Notes under the pieces: generated by a model
What the model saw: only the letters and a program-made list of their open reading frames with translations
What the model was told of the DNA's origin: nothing
The model's database searches: none
Translations under genes and position numbers: made by a program
In this document: in pieces, positions 51,580 through 64,000 of the stretch
Position numbering within the stretch: the first letter of the stretch is position 1
Layout of the letters: every line of letters starts with the position of its first letter
NCBI GenBank assembly: GCA_038496445.1
Contig: JALMLS010000577.1
Location: 1 to 64,000 of the forward strand
Length of the DNA stretch: 64,000 nucleotides
Source of the DNA: Trichosphaerium sp. ATCC 40318
Taxonomy: Eukaryota > Protista > Tubulinea
Direction: 5' to 3'

Positions 51580-53380
51580 ATGTCAACAAGTAAGTGATTT
51601 GACTTCAACAGTAACCAATAGTACATCGTCTAATAGAGCTAGCATTTCTTCTCCTTTTGCTCTTTATTTCGGGTTCGCTAGCACAGCTTACACAAGAACA
51701 AAAAGACCAATTATTGGACTTCCACAACGAAGCGAGGTACGTCGATCACGTGTTTGGTTTAATACGAAAAGTTTTCGAAAAACTCGCATTTGTAACAAGT
51801 CTTGCTTTAGAGCCAAGAAATGTGTCGGTCCAATGACATGGGACGATGCCCTAGCAAAAACAGCACAAGCTTGGGTTGACGGAGGAAACGAAGGTCATAA
51901 CCCTGGTAGAACAGACGAATACGCAGCTTTCGGTGGTATCGGATCTGTAGGCGAAAACGTCGCTGGTGGATCATGGTATGCGTTTTTTGGTTATGGTGTA
52001 TTTTCGAAACCGAAAAAAATTGAACGACTTGTGTTTTGTTCTTGCTCTTGACTCACTCTATTCTAGGCCTTACTTTGATCTTGAACACCACTTTAACAAT
52101 TGGGTAAGCGAAGAAGCTGTACCTTGCAATACAGGCGGTGGTCATTACACTCAAGTGCTCTGGGAACAATCAACAAAACTTGGTTGCGGTTTTAAACTCA
52201 GAACTAACGGTGAGTCACATGCCCAAAAAAACTAGGCAACTAGGTTTCGTTTTCCAATATCAGAATTGGAAGATTAGAATACCTAAAAACCCGTAGCCTG
52301 GCTTATTGCTCGCGCGGCGAACTTCCAAACAAAACAAGCTGTTCTTTTTTTTTTTCTAATTATTTTTTAATGCTTATTGTATTTTTAGGCAAGTGGGGAA
52401 CTATTGTCTGTAACTACAACCCAGCAGGAAATTTTGGAAATGGCGAGCCATTCGCCAGATCTAAATGCACAGATTGCGATCCTAGCTCAACCCCTACGCC
52501 TTCTGTAACGCCTACACCTTCCGTAACGCCTACACCTTCTGTAACACCTACCCCTTCCGCTACACCTACTCCTTCTGGAACAGCAACACCTACTCCTTCT
52601 GGAACACTTCCAGATGGGTTCAAGGGACCTTTGACCGACGAAGAAAGACTCGCTATTTTGGACGCACACAACCAAGAGCGGTAAGCACAACATTCAAAAA
52701 CTATCACGTGGTTTTTTTTCGTAGTTTCTACAAAAATACTTATTTTTTTACCTCTAGCGCTTCACGATGTGTTCCTCCACTTGAATGGGACGCTACTCTC
52801 GAAGAAGTTGCTCAAGATTTCGCTGATCGTGGTGTCTTCTCGATCAATAGTAACAGACACGAAGACTACCAGAATCTCGGAGGAGACGGTTTTATCGGTG
52901 AGAATGTCGCAGGTTTCTTGTACGAATACATCTCATCCTTGCAAAATTGTTTTGCTAATTCTTTATTTTAGTGGTGATGCCAAAGACACAGGTGTAAAAA
53001 ACTGGGCGTCAGCTGAAGGAAGTCCTTGTAACACTGGAACAGGCCAATACAAACAACTCATGTGGGAAAACAGTAAAAAATTAGGATGTGGATACAAGAT
53101 ACTTAATGCATACGGTATGAACATATTTTGTTTTGTTTGTTTTTTTTTTTTGGGAAATCGTTTGCATAGATTGTGTGTCTTATTATTTTCCTCAGGTGGA
53201 ATGACATTCCTTGTTTGCAATTACCAACCTTCTGGTAACTACATTGGACAAGACGCTTTCCCACTGGAAAAGTGTACAAACTGTATTTCAAGCCGTAATG
53301 CAAATTCACCAGCAAGTACTATTAGCGTACAAGTATCATTCGTATTATTTGCTCTTCTTTGTATTGCACTCTTTTGGTAG
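51580..53380 (+). CDS. Secreted two-CAP-domain (SCP/PR-1) protein with Pro/Thr linker and GPI-like tail
   Basis: Two copies of LDxHN...WDxxL...GENVA...(H/Q)YxQxxW...LGCG...VCNYxPxGN; hydrophobic C-terminus. Confidence 0.9.
52490..52606 (+). repeat. 18-nt coding repeat (TPTPSV) linker
   Basis: Repeated CCTACACCTTC(T/C)GTAAC-type units between the two CAP domains. Confidence 0.85.
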
Positions 53381-54339
53381 ATTAGTAACCAAATAGAGTC
53401 CACACATGTGGACCATATCATCATGGAAAAAATAAACTAGTAGTAGACAGTTATCCCAAACTTGGATTTGTTTATCACGTGTCGTCCCCAAGTGCACATC
53501 ATCATTTTTTCCTGTTCTTTCTGTCCTTGAGGTGATGCCGTGCTCCAAAGACAAACTTATTTGCATCCTTTAGTCGTAGACAATACTAACACATCCTTGG
53601 GTTGCTGTACGTTGAAGAGTGACTGCATTCGGAGCAGTTTCTCCACAAAACGTGTTGATATGATTATCAACACTTGAGGTAAGCCAAAAAAAGTGACTAC
53701 TACTCTAGCGGGTAGTGCTATGCTAGGATAATCACTGTATGGAAACTGACATTGCAAGCAATATCAATGACCATTAGTTTTCCAAATAATGGGGTTAAGA
53801 AGGAAGTGACACGTGGTCACTTGCCTGGGGTTTAACCCAAGCTGAACTTTTACTACACATGATCAAAGCCATTAGGCCGAGAAACACATGAGAAGTAAAC
53901 CGCCACAGCCTTTTATCACCAGTGTTTGCGTAGAATAAAAAAATTGTGGGATGCATGATCATTGGGCCAAAGAAACGAAAACGCTCGTTTCACTGAATTT
54001 TACACACTTTGTTAAACAATTTCTCTTTTCGTTTACTCCTTGATCAATATGTGGTTTTAAAACAAATCAATTCAAATCATGTCGTTGTATTTTGAAAAGA
54101 GTTTTAAATGGTTAACTTGTCAACCTGTAGATGAACTCTGCAGCGTCTAGTGCACTTGTGAAGGCATCAAGAAACGGAACTAGTAAAGTGATGGTTCGTT
54201 ACAAAGTACTCCATTGATGTTGCGACGAAAATTGCAAAGGTCCTGTTTTCCCATGATTTCAGTGAAATGTATTTGAAGTATGCATTTAGTATCAAATATA
54301 CTTTGTACACTTTGTTACATGCATACTAAAAGCGTTGAA

Positions 54340-54411
54340 AGCCTCCTATGGGGATTGAACCCATGACCAAACGGACAAGAACCGTTCGCTCTACCGCTGA
54401 GCTAAGAAGGC
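54340..54411 (-). tRNA. tRNA with CTT anticodon (nominal Lys), atypical anticodon loop
   Basis: GCCTTCT-TA-GCTC AGCGGTA GAGC-G-AACGG TTCTTGT CCGTT-TGGTC-ATGGG TTCAATC CCCAT-AGGAGGC-T; all four stems pair; T4 run about 10 nt downstream. Confidence 0.85.
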
Positions 54412-55000
54412 TTGCTGTTGGTTACCCATGTACAGAGAGTTAAGATAATTCTTCAACAACGTATGTGCTTAAAGAGCTTTATGATTACTTCGATGAAAGC
54501 AGCATACATACTTTCAATGAGGTTCTAACTGCGAGCTCTTTAATTATGCATGACATTGCACTAGATATGTACTGTTTACCTGACGTTTGCGATTTTCAAT
54601 TCAAAATATTCGATTTTTTTAATTAATCACCTGCGTCTACTCTTTCAGCCTATACTATTCGTTAGCTATGTGCAGTACCCTGGTAGCGATTAACAGAATT
54701 GCAAGTTAGGAATAAATCTCCTTCCCAAACTAGTGTGCCACTGTACGGTTGAAGAAACAAGTGCTTGGTGTTTTTTTTTCAAATGATTCGTTCAACTACT
54801 AAACTCGCAGTAGCTTATGTTTATAAGTATAATTTAATGATACCATATATTTAGTATATGCAGCGTTAGCTGCGATTCTACGAAATACCACAAAGCAGAC
54901 GTGAATATAAGAATTTTCTTTTATTTTTCTGGTTTTTGTTTTTACAATACACAAAATGGTTTCGACTAAAATACAAGGTTTTTGGCTTATGATTGATTAA

Positions 55001-55405
55001 TTAAAAGCGTAATGGAGATCTAGAAGAAGCGTTTACAATATCTCTAGAATACTCCACGTATGCTCTACGGACTCTCTGTGGAAATAAGTTGGGATCAGGG
55101 AAAGGACCTTGAGACAAAACCATTTCGTATGCTCTGTGAACACTGACCGCAGAGACAGCAAATTCTAGTTCTCCTTCATTGTTAGGTACACCTGATACAA
55201 GATAGTCGTCTAAGGAGAAACTGACGAGGATTGATACGTGTTTTAGTTTGTCGGGTATGAACGCCCATTGAACAGATTGTACTGCTGCCAATGACCTTTC
55301 CCTCATTATTTGTAGTGTATCTGGTACAGTTACATGTTTCGTAATTGCAAAGAAAGCGTTTTGGAATTCTGTTTGTTGCGTTTCGTTATTTTTGGTTGAG
55401 AGCAT
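55001..55405 (-). CDS. Hypothetical protein, intronless
   Basis: 134-aa ATG-started ORF with protein-like composition in otherwise AT-rich sequence; no motif recognised. Confidence 0.5.
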   Translation of the reverse strand: MLSTKNNETQQTEFQNAFFAITKHVTVPDTLQIMRERSLAAVQSVQWAFIPDKLKHVSILVSFSLDDYLVSGVPNNEGELEFAVSAVSVHRAYEMVLSQGPFPDPNLFPQRVRRAYVEYSRDIVNASSRSPLRF

Positions 55406-56273
55406 GTTGTGGAGGTGTTGTTGTTGATGGGTGTGTTTTGAAATTATGGTGAATTGAGTGTAGATTGATAGTCGCTGAAAATTCTTTTCATCAATTTTTC
55501 AATCTTTTCACGTATTTTCACAGCAAACCCTAGATATCGGTCAGCAGAAATCTTTTTCAGATTGAAGTATACTAACTCTCTAGCAGAGTTTAAAGTATGA
55601 CAATACTAGCGTCAAGGTATAACCATAATGTTCAAAGTGAATCAATCTTGGTTGATTGAAAAAAACACGTTTTGGTCGAACAGTTTTGGGAAATTTCCCA
55701 GAGCTACGCTGAACGATATTATTCAGGACGACTGGAATGCAAACTTATATATTGCAGTACCTACTTTTGAACTTGAATAGTTAGTGATGTACCTCTTATT
55801 CAATCATTTTGTAAAGATTGAATTACCTTTCTGGCTTCTATCATCTCATCAAAGAAATTGTGACAAACAAGAAATGTGAGCAGTAGTGGCAAGTGGAATG
55901 CCCTACAAGCTTACCATTGTTACAAAGAAGAACAATGTTTACGGACCCATTCACGAAAACTGTCACGTGAACCTTGGATGTAATATTGTCCTAAACTTAA
56001 GTGGTGCTACCTCAATTTTTAGTTTGCTCTTTCACATCCAGTTAACGTTTCTGCTTTACTTGAACGCGCAACTTTCGCCTTCTTTTCTACTGTCCGATCA
56101 CAACACTGTGAGCACATACAATGTAAGTAAAAGCCGTGCTCGCGTAAGTGGATGTCGACATTATTGTGGCAAATAAAAAAAGGTGATTCAATGCAAGTCA
56201 GTGTTGCTTAAATTCCAACTTTTAAGGTACACAAAGCACAAACTCCGTTTTAGTCCAGCTCACAAACACTAGA

Positions 56274-56474
56274 ATGAGCAGTAAAAGCGAGTGGCCAGAG
56301 TTAGTAGGAAAGCCAGGAGATGAAGCAAAAGATGTTATTCTATCAGAGCAACCTGCATTCACAGTAGAGATCGTAACGAGAGCAACACCTTTAACAAAAG
56401 ATCTTAGATACAACCGCGTAAGAATCTTCGTTGATGGAGTAGGCAACGTTGAGAGCACCCCTACAACCGGCTAA
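56274..56474 (+). CDS. Potato inhibitor I family (I13) serine protease inhibitor
   Basis: KSEWPELVG...TKDLRYNRVRIFVD...PTTG signature. Confidence 0.93.
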   Translation: MSSKSEWPELVGKPGDEAKDVILSEQPAFTVEIVTRATPLTKDLRYNRVRIFVDGVGNVESTPTTG

Positions 56475-56655
56475 GCAATAGATGTAGACTAAACGTAAAT
56501 TCAATAAACGGGATCTCAAAAATACGCGTTTACAAAATGAACAAATAAGCAATTGCAACTACGTCATTATTCTACTTCTACGTATTATATTGGTTACAAA
56601 CGAGTTTTAAAAAATTAGTACAGGAACGTGTAGCTGTAGTGTATCGCTCCTCGCT

Positions 56656-57916
56656 TTAAACGAAAAATACAACAAAAAGCACAGCAAACACTAGCAATAT
56701 AGCGAAAATCTTCACGTAGAGCCATCGATCACTTTGAACGTTTTCCCAAAATTTAAGAAGATGCTTATGTCCTTCTTGTATACGCATCTCTGACATATTG
56801 ATATTGTCATCAATCCTATCACAAAGTGTCAATTTAAAAAAATCTCTCAGGTTTTTTTTTTCATCTACTCGCGCAAGAAAATGCTGTTTGTACCTTTCTA
56901 TTGTTTCCCCTTGTATTTGAACAAGGTCTCCAAGCTTTACAAAAATATCTTGGACCTCATGGAGTACGTTTTGAATATCTTCAGCCACAGTGGCCCTTTC
57001 TTCCATATAATCTTGTTGAGTTTGTACAAGAGGTAGATTAATAGTAACATCATGGTCTCCTAGCTCCTCCTCATCGTATAGTTTATTATAGCTGTGTTGA
57101 GAAGGAGACATTGTTATTCTGCTCCCTGTGATCATTTGTTTTTGTTCTTGCTGTGATTTAAGGTTCTAAAAGATATATAAGACTCAAAGGAAGTATAAAG
57201 CGCGTTGTTCCAAAAAGGTGTGCACCACTACGTGTTAAAAAGAAAATTAAAAAAAAGCGACACGTACGTCTGTACGAAGTTGTAGAACACTTGTAAAGTC
57301 CTTTGTTGTAAAAAATAGGTTGGATTTAAGAGAATCAATGAGTGTTGTTTCGTGATTTTTGGCTTGGTTTGATTGCGCTGAGTTGTGCATACATAACTCC
57401 TCAACCTACAAGTACTTTAGACCATGTATAAACGAATAATAATAAAAAATTACAAAAAAATATTGCGCTAGCATATTCCGTCGTGCCTTTCCTGCAAACG
57501 ACGCAATTCTTTTTTACACGCGAATAGCGGAAATTAAAGAAAACCACGTTGTGTAAAAATGAAAAAAAAACCTGTAGGTACCTCCTGAATCCTATTATTT
57601 ATGCTCTGTATATCCTGCTTGATTATAAATGTATATTTCTGTATCTCGTCGCTTGGATCATCAAAAGGGGACTTTGATCTGGCCACTATTCATGTTATTA
57701 TTGTATTAGACGTAATTACGTGCATTTTGTAAGATCTTTAAGTTTTTGCATGGTTTTGTGTGTTTCTCGGCCTATTTCGCTTGCCAGGCGATTAATAGAT
57801 ACTGTTGTGTGTAGAGGCAGACGCTTTTTAACGTCCTTGCGTTTACCCATTTCTTTACGTTCACGAAGGCCCTCCGCTAGGCTACTGAACTCCAGTGTTC
57901 TGTTTTTAAATGGCAT
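56656..57916 (-). CDS. STX5: Syntaxin-5 (Sed5)
   Basis: N-peptide KNRTLEF; SNARE domain QGETIERIDDN; C-terminal TM. Confidence 0.9.
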
Positions 57917-58182
57917 AGTTAAATGGAGCGAACGGAGACGTGGTTGTAGTTTTCTTTACGCAAATACAGTTTTTTTCATATTTTCTGCTTACAGTAAGCA
58001 ATAAAGTCCACAACGTTCTCAAGCTTTGGTACACCTAGTATAGAACATGTCGTGGGCGCTCTGGGACTATTTTGATCAGTTTACAGTGAATGATTTTCAA
58101 AAAACGTAAACTAATTTGCAGAAATACGTTGAAATTAAGTTTTAACGGCACTACAATCAACACAACAAACGTATAACTGCTC

Positions 58183-59694
58183 ATGGCAAAGAAGGCGCTC
58201 AATTTACTCGTTATTGATAATTACCAGAGCAAGTGTTGTCCCACACTTGACGTACTAACAAAAGCAAACAGCTAATTGGTTTCAACTATTCAAATACGCA
58301 AAGGTTGGGGATGTGGAGCTAAAAGTAGATCAGGTAGGATACAGCTTCATAAAAAATCGTACTGACGCAGTGCCAATAGGCACAGTGGTCGGATATACAC
58401 GTAGAAGCAAGGTACACAAAAATTGAATACAACGTCAATATCTGACGCGTATTAAGCTCTGAGGAAGGTTGTGTATGTTGGTTACAACGCGCTGCAGACC
58501 CTATACCTTTTTCAGCACAGAAGGAAGATAGACAGTTCAAACCAGACTTTTTATTAATTCGAAACTTCCCTGCTGACTTACACAATAAGCACTACAGGGT
58601 ATGTTCGTATTTTAAAACTCATTGCACAATCTTATTTATGTTTTTAAAGAACGTTTTGATGGCCTTCGTTTTTTGCGACATGCCATGCGTCAATTCTATC
58701 CGTTCGATCCTCTCTACCACTGATAGGTATGTAATCAGTACATGATATCATTTTACGATGAAATTAGTGTTGCTGGGGTGGCTAACCTTCAAAATTTAGA
58801 GCAGTATCATATGCAGAATTGTTAAGAATCAAGAAGAGATTAGGAGCAGATAAATTTCCTTTAATCCCAATGAAATTCCATCCAAACTCGTATCTCGGTA
58901 CAAAGAAGCTACTGATTAAAAATCCGTACCCTTCAGTAATGAAAGGCACGTGCACAGAACGATATTTTACAAAAAAAGAGAAAATCAGAAAAAAAGTGTC
59001 TAAATTTCCAAGTCAGTTGGTAGCACGCACGCTGGTTTTGGTAAAGCAAAACTGAAAGACGATGGAGAATACTATGACATGGAAGGATTAATTGCATTAA
59101 ATCATGATTACTTCACGTGAGTAGTGATTATTCTTTCGTTCTCTTTTTTTCTTTCAAAACTAACTGTTTTTACAAACACAGTGTTGAACCATTTGTGAAA
59201 GATATTGTCTATGAGTATCGTGTTCAAAAGATTGGCACTCACTTTAGAGCGTACAAGCGCTATTCAACGTACGATACTTAACTGGAACGCCCCCTGTTTT
59301 CCATCTTGTTGTCACTTCTTTTTTTCAAGTGACGTTCCCATTGCATTTTTATTTGATTGGTTAAAACTAAACTGTTCCAAGGGATAACTGGAAAGGTAAT
59401 TGGGGAGCAATCAAGTTTGAAGATCAACCATGGACTGATAAGTGCCAGTTATGGGCTGATGAGGTTGCCAAGGTGCGCCAGTGTATGTTTTTGATTACTC
59501 GCTCACTTTATTCCTTGCTTTAGATGTTTGGTGGCCTAGATATCTTTGCTATTGATGTCCTTGTTACCAAAGATGGTAAAGAACATATTATTGAAGTAAA
59601 TGATACTGCTTGTGGTCTAATGTATGATCATGAAGATGAAGACAGCAAGCACATGAAAGACCTTGTAATCGAAAAGATGAAGGCTTTGTTATAA
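58183..59694 (+). CDS. Synapsin-like ATP-grasp protein
   Basis: FKPDFLLIRN, YPSVMKVGSTHAGFGK, EYRVQKIG, NWKGNWG, MFGGLDIFAID, HIIEVND. Confidence 0.88.
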
Positions 59695-59876
59695 ACTCGA
59701 ATTCCTTTACGGAAACAAAATACTAATAACAGCACACGTGCCATTAATAAAACTGTTCGAAGCTACATTTGAATCACAATCCATGTAACTTGTGTACGCG
59801 CTGTGGCACGTAGCCATTTGAATTGACTTTCAGAGACTCTGCATTGGAGACAGCTTGAAAAAAAAGTTGAGAAATC

Positions 59877-61802
59877 ATGGAACCACCTTCTAAAAAGCAT
59901 AAAATGGAGCCTAAGGTTATAAATAACAGTCATTTGGATAACTGGGAAACCATACAAAAAGAATACAACGCCAATAAGCCGTTTCCTCACACAGCCTTAT
60001 CAGATTTTATTGATGACGCGCTTTTAACCAATATCAAAAGCGTTCTTGGCACTCAAGAGTGGTTTAAAAAAAATAACGATTTGTACAAGTTCGAACAAAC
60101 AGACGACCTCAAACTATGCAATAACGTTAGTAACTACGCATAAATTTATCATTTTGAACGTGTTTAAAACTAAAACACCTCAAACCATAGGAAAGTATTG
60201 TAAAACTAAAGGAAGCGTTATACAGGTACGATACAATGCGTAATTTAGCAAAAAGAATCAAATCTGTCACTGACACATTTTTTAAGCACGAAATTCTTAC
60301 AATTTTTAACACGCGTCACTGGCATTGAACTCAACGCTACTGTCGATATGGCAGGGTCTCGTTATGATAAAGGAGATACTCTACTATGTCACGATGATCA
60401 ATTAGAGGTAATCTTCTTCGATATTCGCGCTCACGTGCATCACAAGTTTTGAAAAAACTTTCCAAAAAAAAACCAGCAAAAAACCTGAAGTGTTCATAGG
60501 GAAGACGTATTGCCTTTATTTTATATCTTGTACCTGAGGATTGGAGTACATCTGATGGCGGTAACCTTGATTTATTTGATACTTCACCACAAGGTCAACC
60601 AGCGAACATTGTACGCACACACAATCAACAGTCTCCATTCAACTTTTCTGACGTTTTTTTTAGGTTCATTCAATACCACCAAAAAGGAATAATTTCGTGT
60701 TCTTCACAGTGTCTCCAATATCATTTCATCAAGTACGCCACGATAAGTGTACATCATTATTAAGTTTAAATACTAGGTAGCAGAAGTCTTGGGTGATCGT
60801 AGCAGGCTATCAATATCAGGGTGGTTCCATGGGTCACGTATTATCAGACCGCCTAAATACATTGAACCAAAATTACCTCGATCAGAACCTTCAGGTATCT
60901 AACACCTACCTTTGTTGTACTTGTTTGCTATTCATTCTCATCATCATGTAGTGGATGTACAATATGACTTGTCGGAGTGGCTAGCAGCTCAGTACCTAGA
61001 AGATGAGATACAGGCCGGTATAAAGCATGTCTTTGATGAGAATTCTTCGATAGCATTGTATGGCTTTTTGAAGATTGAGAAATATAATCAAATTGTTGCA
61101 TCTTTGGGTGACCAACCATGGTCATCACTAGGACCATACAACAGACGACACTACCAAACACTGGGTAGATTTGATAATGGTAAAAAAAATAACACGTGAT
61201 ATTTTTTGATGTACTAACCTTTGTTGCAACAAGTAGCGTCTAAAGAAGTTGGTCCTCTAAAAGAGTTAAAAAAGTTTTTAATGTCAAAGACTTTTGCTGA
61301 CTACATCGAAAAAATCACTGGTATAGAGCCATGGCGTGTTTTCTCTGAGTCAAGAAAATTCGAACCAAGTTGTTACACATTGGTTCATGATAACACAGAA
61401 CAGCATGCTGAAGGGGGTGCGTAACGATGAGATCTTTTTTGATACAAATAGTTTTTAATACTAATTTTTTTGGTCAGGTCTTGACGTCATGTTCAACATG
61501 TGTCAAGGTAGTTGGACTTTAGATAATGGTGGTTTTACTACGTATATGGAAGAGGAGGATGAACTCATAACATTAAAACCATGTGAAAACTCTATAGCTC
61601 TGGTTTACAGGCATGTAACAGTGAACAGAGATTTATCAGATTAATTTTGTTTTTTAGAGATGAAGGATGTATGAGCTTTGTAAAGTACTTGGAACATACA
61701 TCTGTAGGACCAAAATCTGATATATGGATGGTTGTATGGGAGGACCCAGATAGAGAAGACAGTGACGATGATGAAGATATGGAACAAGCCCCAACAGAAT
61801 AA
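59877..61802 (+). CDS. OGFOD1: Prolyl 3-hydroxylase OGFOD1/Tpa1
   Basis: [63 protein letters not shown]. Confidence 0.93.
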
Positions 61803-62103
61803 AAATCCAAAACAAAAAACCAAAACGAGCAAATTGTCATTAAAATAACTTGTTTTTGACTACATTAAAACGGATCAGTTGCTGCGTAGTGTGGCAAAGC
61901 TCATTACCACAGACTTGATTTTCAAAACAAATTATACAACGCGTCATGTGAACTTTTTTATTTTACAATTTGGAATTAAAACCCATGGTTGGGATTTATT
62001 TTGTGGGTGTCTAGAGCCTTTCTTCTTAGTTTAATGAGGACCCAAATAGCCTGATAGCCCAGTTTATAACTTATTTTTTTGTCTTTGCCTTCTACGAAGT
62101 TTC

Positions 62104-64000
62104 CTAGATAACCATAAACACAACGTATAAAAATATGGTTAACCAAAAAGTACCATTCAGAGTTTGCAGGTGTCGTAGAGTTGTCGTCTTCAAAGTTCTT
62201 TTTTTTACGTTTTGATTTAACCCTATTATCTGCTTCCAATGAGATACTTCTTGATTTCTTAACACCACGTTTTGGAGACGGTTGAAAACCACGAAACTTC
62301 CAAGAAGAAGGACTAGAAAAATGCGACTAAGAAATAAAGCAAACTTAAGAAAAAAATAGGATTACCCTCTTCTTGCTCTTCTAGCGCTTTTAGACCTTTC
62401 TCTACGTAGGTTTCCTCGAGGTTTCTTATAACTAGAACTAGCAGAAGCATGCACACCAGGACGAACTGAATGTGAATGTTGAGGTGCTGACCTATACCTC
62501 TTTCTTTTCTTTTGAAATTCACCGTTGAAATTTAATGTAAAGTCTAAATCCTTTTCACTATTTTTATCAACATTTCGAGGAGAGTTTATGAATAACGGTG
62601 AACTTGGTCTAAGAGGTGAATCCGCTGTACGTTTAGGAATACGTGGCCTTGAAGGCGATGGGACACTACTAGTTGGAGCTGAACCACCTCTAAACAAAAA
62701 AAAATCGATTAGTGTCTTCACTTTTGTTGGTTGTTGTTCGTTTTAACAAACACTAAAACCTGTAACGTACTGGTTCTTATTGAGCTTAGATCTTGAGAAA
62801 CTACAGGCAAAAATATGATTAATTCAAGGCCATGGAGGTTGATAGAAATACATAAGATAAGAATAAAAAAAATACCTTCGAAGTAGCTTTGGGAATCTAT
62901 CAAAAGAACGTGTTACTGATAGTCTCCTTTTATATTTAGATTTGTTCTTAGGTTTAGCCGATGGTGACAATGTTGGAGATGATTTACTTGGACCAGCATC
63001 CACAATGTGGTCATATTTACGACTCTTTCTCTTAAAAAACAATCAGCAAAGATAGAGTAACACCAGAAGTTTTGTTCCATACCTTTTTTCTTAGTCTTGG
63101 TTTGACCTTCTCCTTTTCGTTGTCGTCAATAGCTTCAAAGTTCAGCTTGCCAACTGGAAGGTTTTCTGGTGCTTTACCACCTCCAATAGTTCTACTTTTT
63201 CTTAAAGTAAACCTTGAAAAGGTATTAAAGACTGAAAGACAAAACGATGATAAAACGCCAAAAAAAAAAGTTACTTCCAACTTACAACTCAGTGTTAGGT
63301 CGTTGTCCATCAACTTCAGTAACAGAATGAGATCTACCAGGTTCTCTAGGTTTTCTACGAAGTCGTTGCCTAACATTAAACGTTAATGATCTTTCTTTTC
63401 TAAGACTTAAACCGTACAGCATGCCACGTGCTTGAAGTACTGAATTTCGATTATCTTTGGTTGTTTTTTTTTCTTTCTTGGACTCTTTCTTCATCTCCTT
63501 TCTACCTGGTTTTTCTTTTGACTTCCTTGATGATGCTTTGCGCTTATCTTTATCCCGTTTAACCAACTGGGGCTTGTTCATGGACGCTATAAGTATGGTA
63601 GTATAAGAACAGTGAAAGAAAGACATACGTGGTGCTGTAGAGGGAGGTGTAGGTCTTTCAATCTCATGATAATCTAATTTTAATTTACTTCTTGTTTTTG
63701 TAAGACTCTCAATCATGACAGGTGACATGAGCTCCTAAGAAACAAACAAGTTAATAACTGATAAACAAATGAATATACACTTACATCAGATGGCTCTTCA
63801 GCGCCCCAACCTGGGCACAGTGGTGATGACGAGGTAAAATTTGGCTTTAAAGTCAATTTCACTTAAAAAAAGTAAGGCAATGCTCAACAAGAAAAAAACC
63901 ACGTACCTCCATCAAACTGAACATCTCCATCTTCGCTACTGCTATCAAGTACAAGAGCAATAGGATTCAATGGTGTTGTGTTATACTTAGTTGGTAATCC
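62104..64000 (-). CDS. 3' part of a multi-exon Lys/Ser/Arg-rich protein, unknown function
   Basis: Consecutive low-complexity exons bounded by splice sites, continuing beyond the window; stop position uncertain. Confidence 0.5.

Noticed and set aside
1-64000. Stop-codon reassignment to explain fragmented ORFs
   Set aside because: In-frame stops in conserved genes fall within GT/GC-AG introns; TAA, TAG and TGA are all used as terminators.

Overview
Gene-dense, AT-rich (roughly 35% GC by eye) eukaryotic DNA from a protist. An amoebozoan is plausible from gene content (synapsin-like ATP-grasp protein, F-box-RasGEF, GTACG-type donors), but that is inference. About 30 genes carry many short (roughly 40-100 nt) spliceosomal introns, so the ORF track shows only fragments; the gene models here were assembled by hand from splice junctions. 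Recognisable genes include PSMA6, TIM50, NDOR1, an ER FKBP, 3-hydroxybutyryl-CoA dehydrogenase, Kelch-BTB, AAMP/SQT1, SUCLG1, a GST, syntaxin 5, OGFOD1 and a PP2A-family phosphatase. Main points of interest: (1) a three-level nested transposon inside one short intron: a pogo-type DD35D element whose 600-aa transposase is exactly restored by removing a CAGGG-ended MITE with an unusual 3-bp TSD and a hairpin-rich tandem-repeat insert; (2) about 8-fold enrichment of the palindrome CACGTG, much of it in introns; (3) at least six GC-AG introns and two introns with U12-like GTATCCT donors; (4) a well-folded tRNA(CUU) with an anomalous anticodon loop; (5) several bacterial-like or giant-virus-like genes. 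No CRISPR array or rRNA was found.
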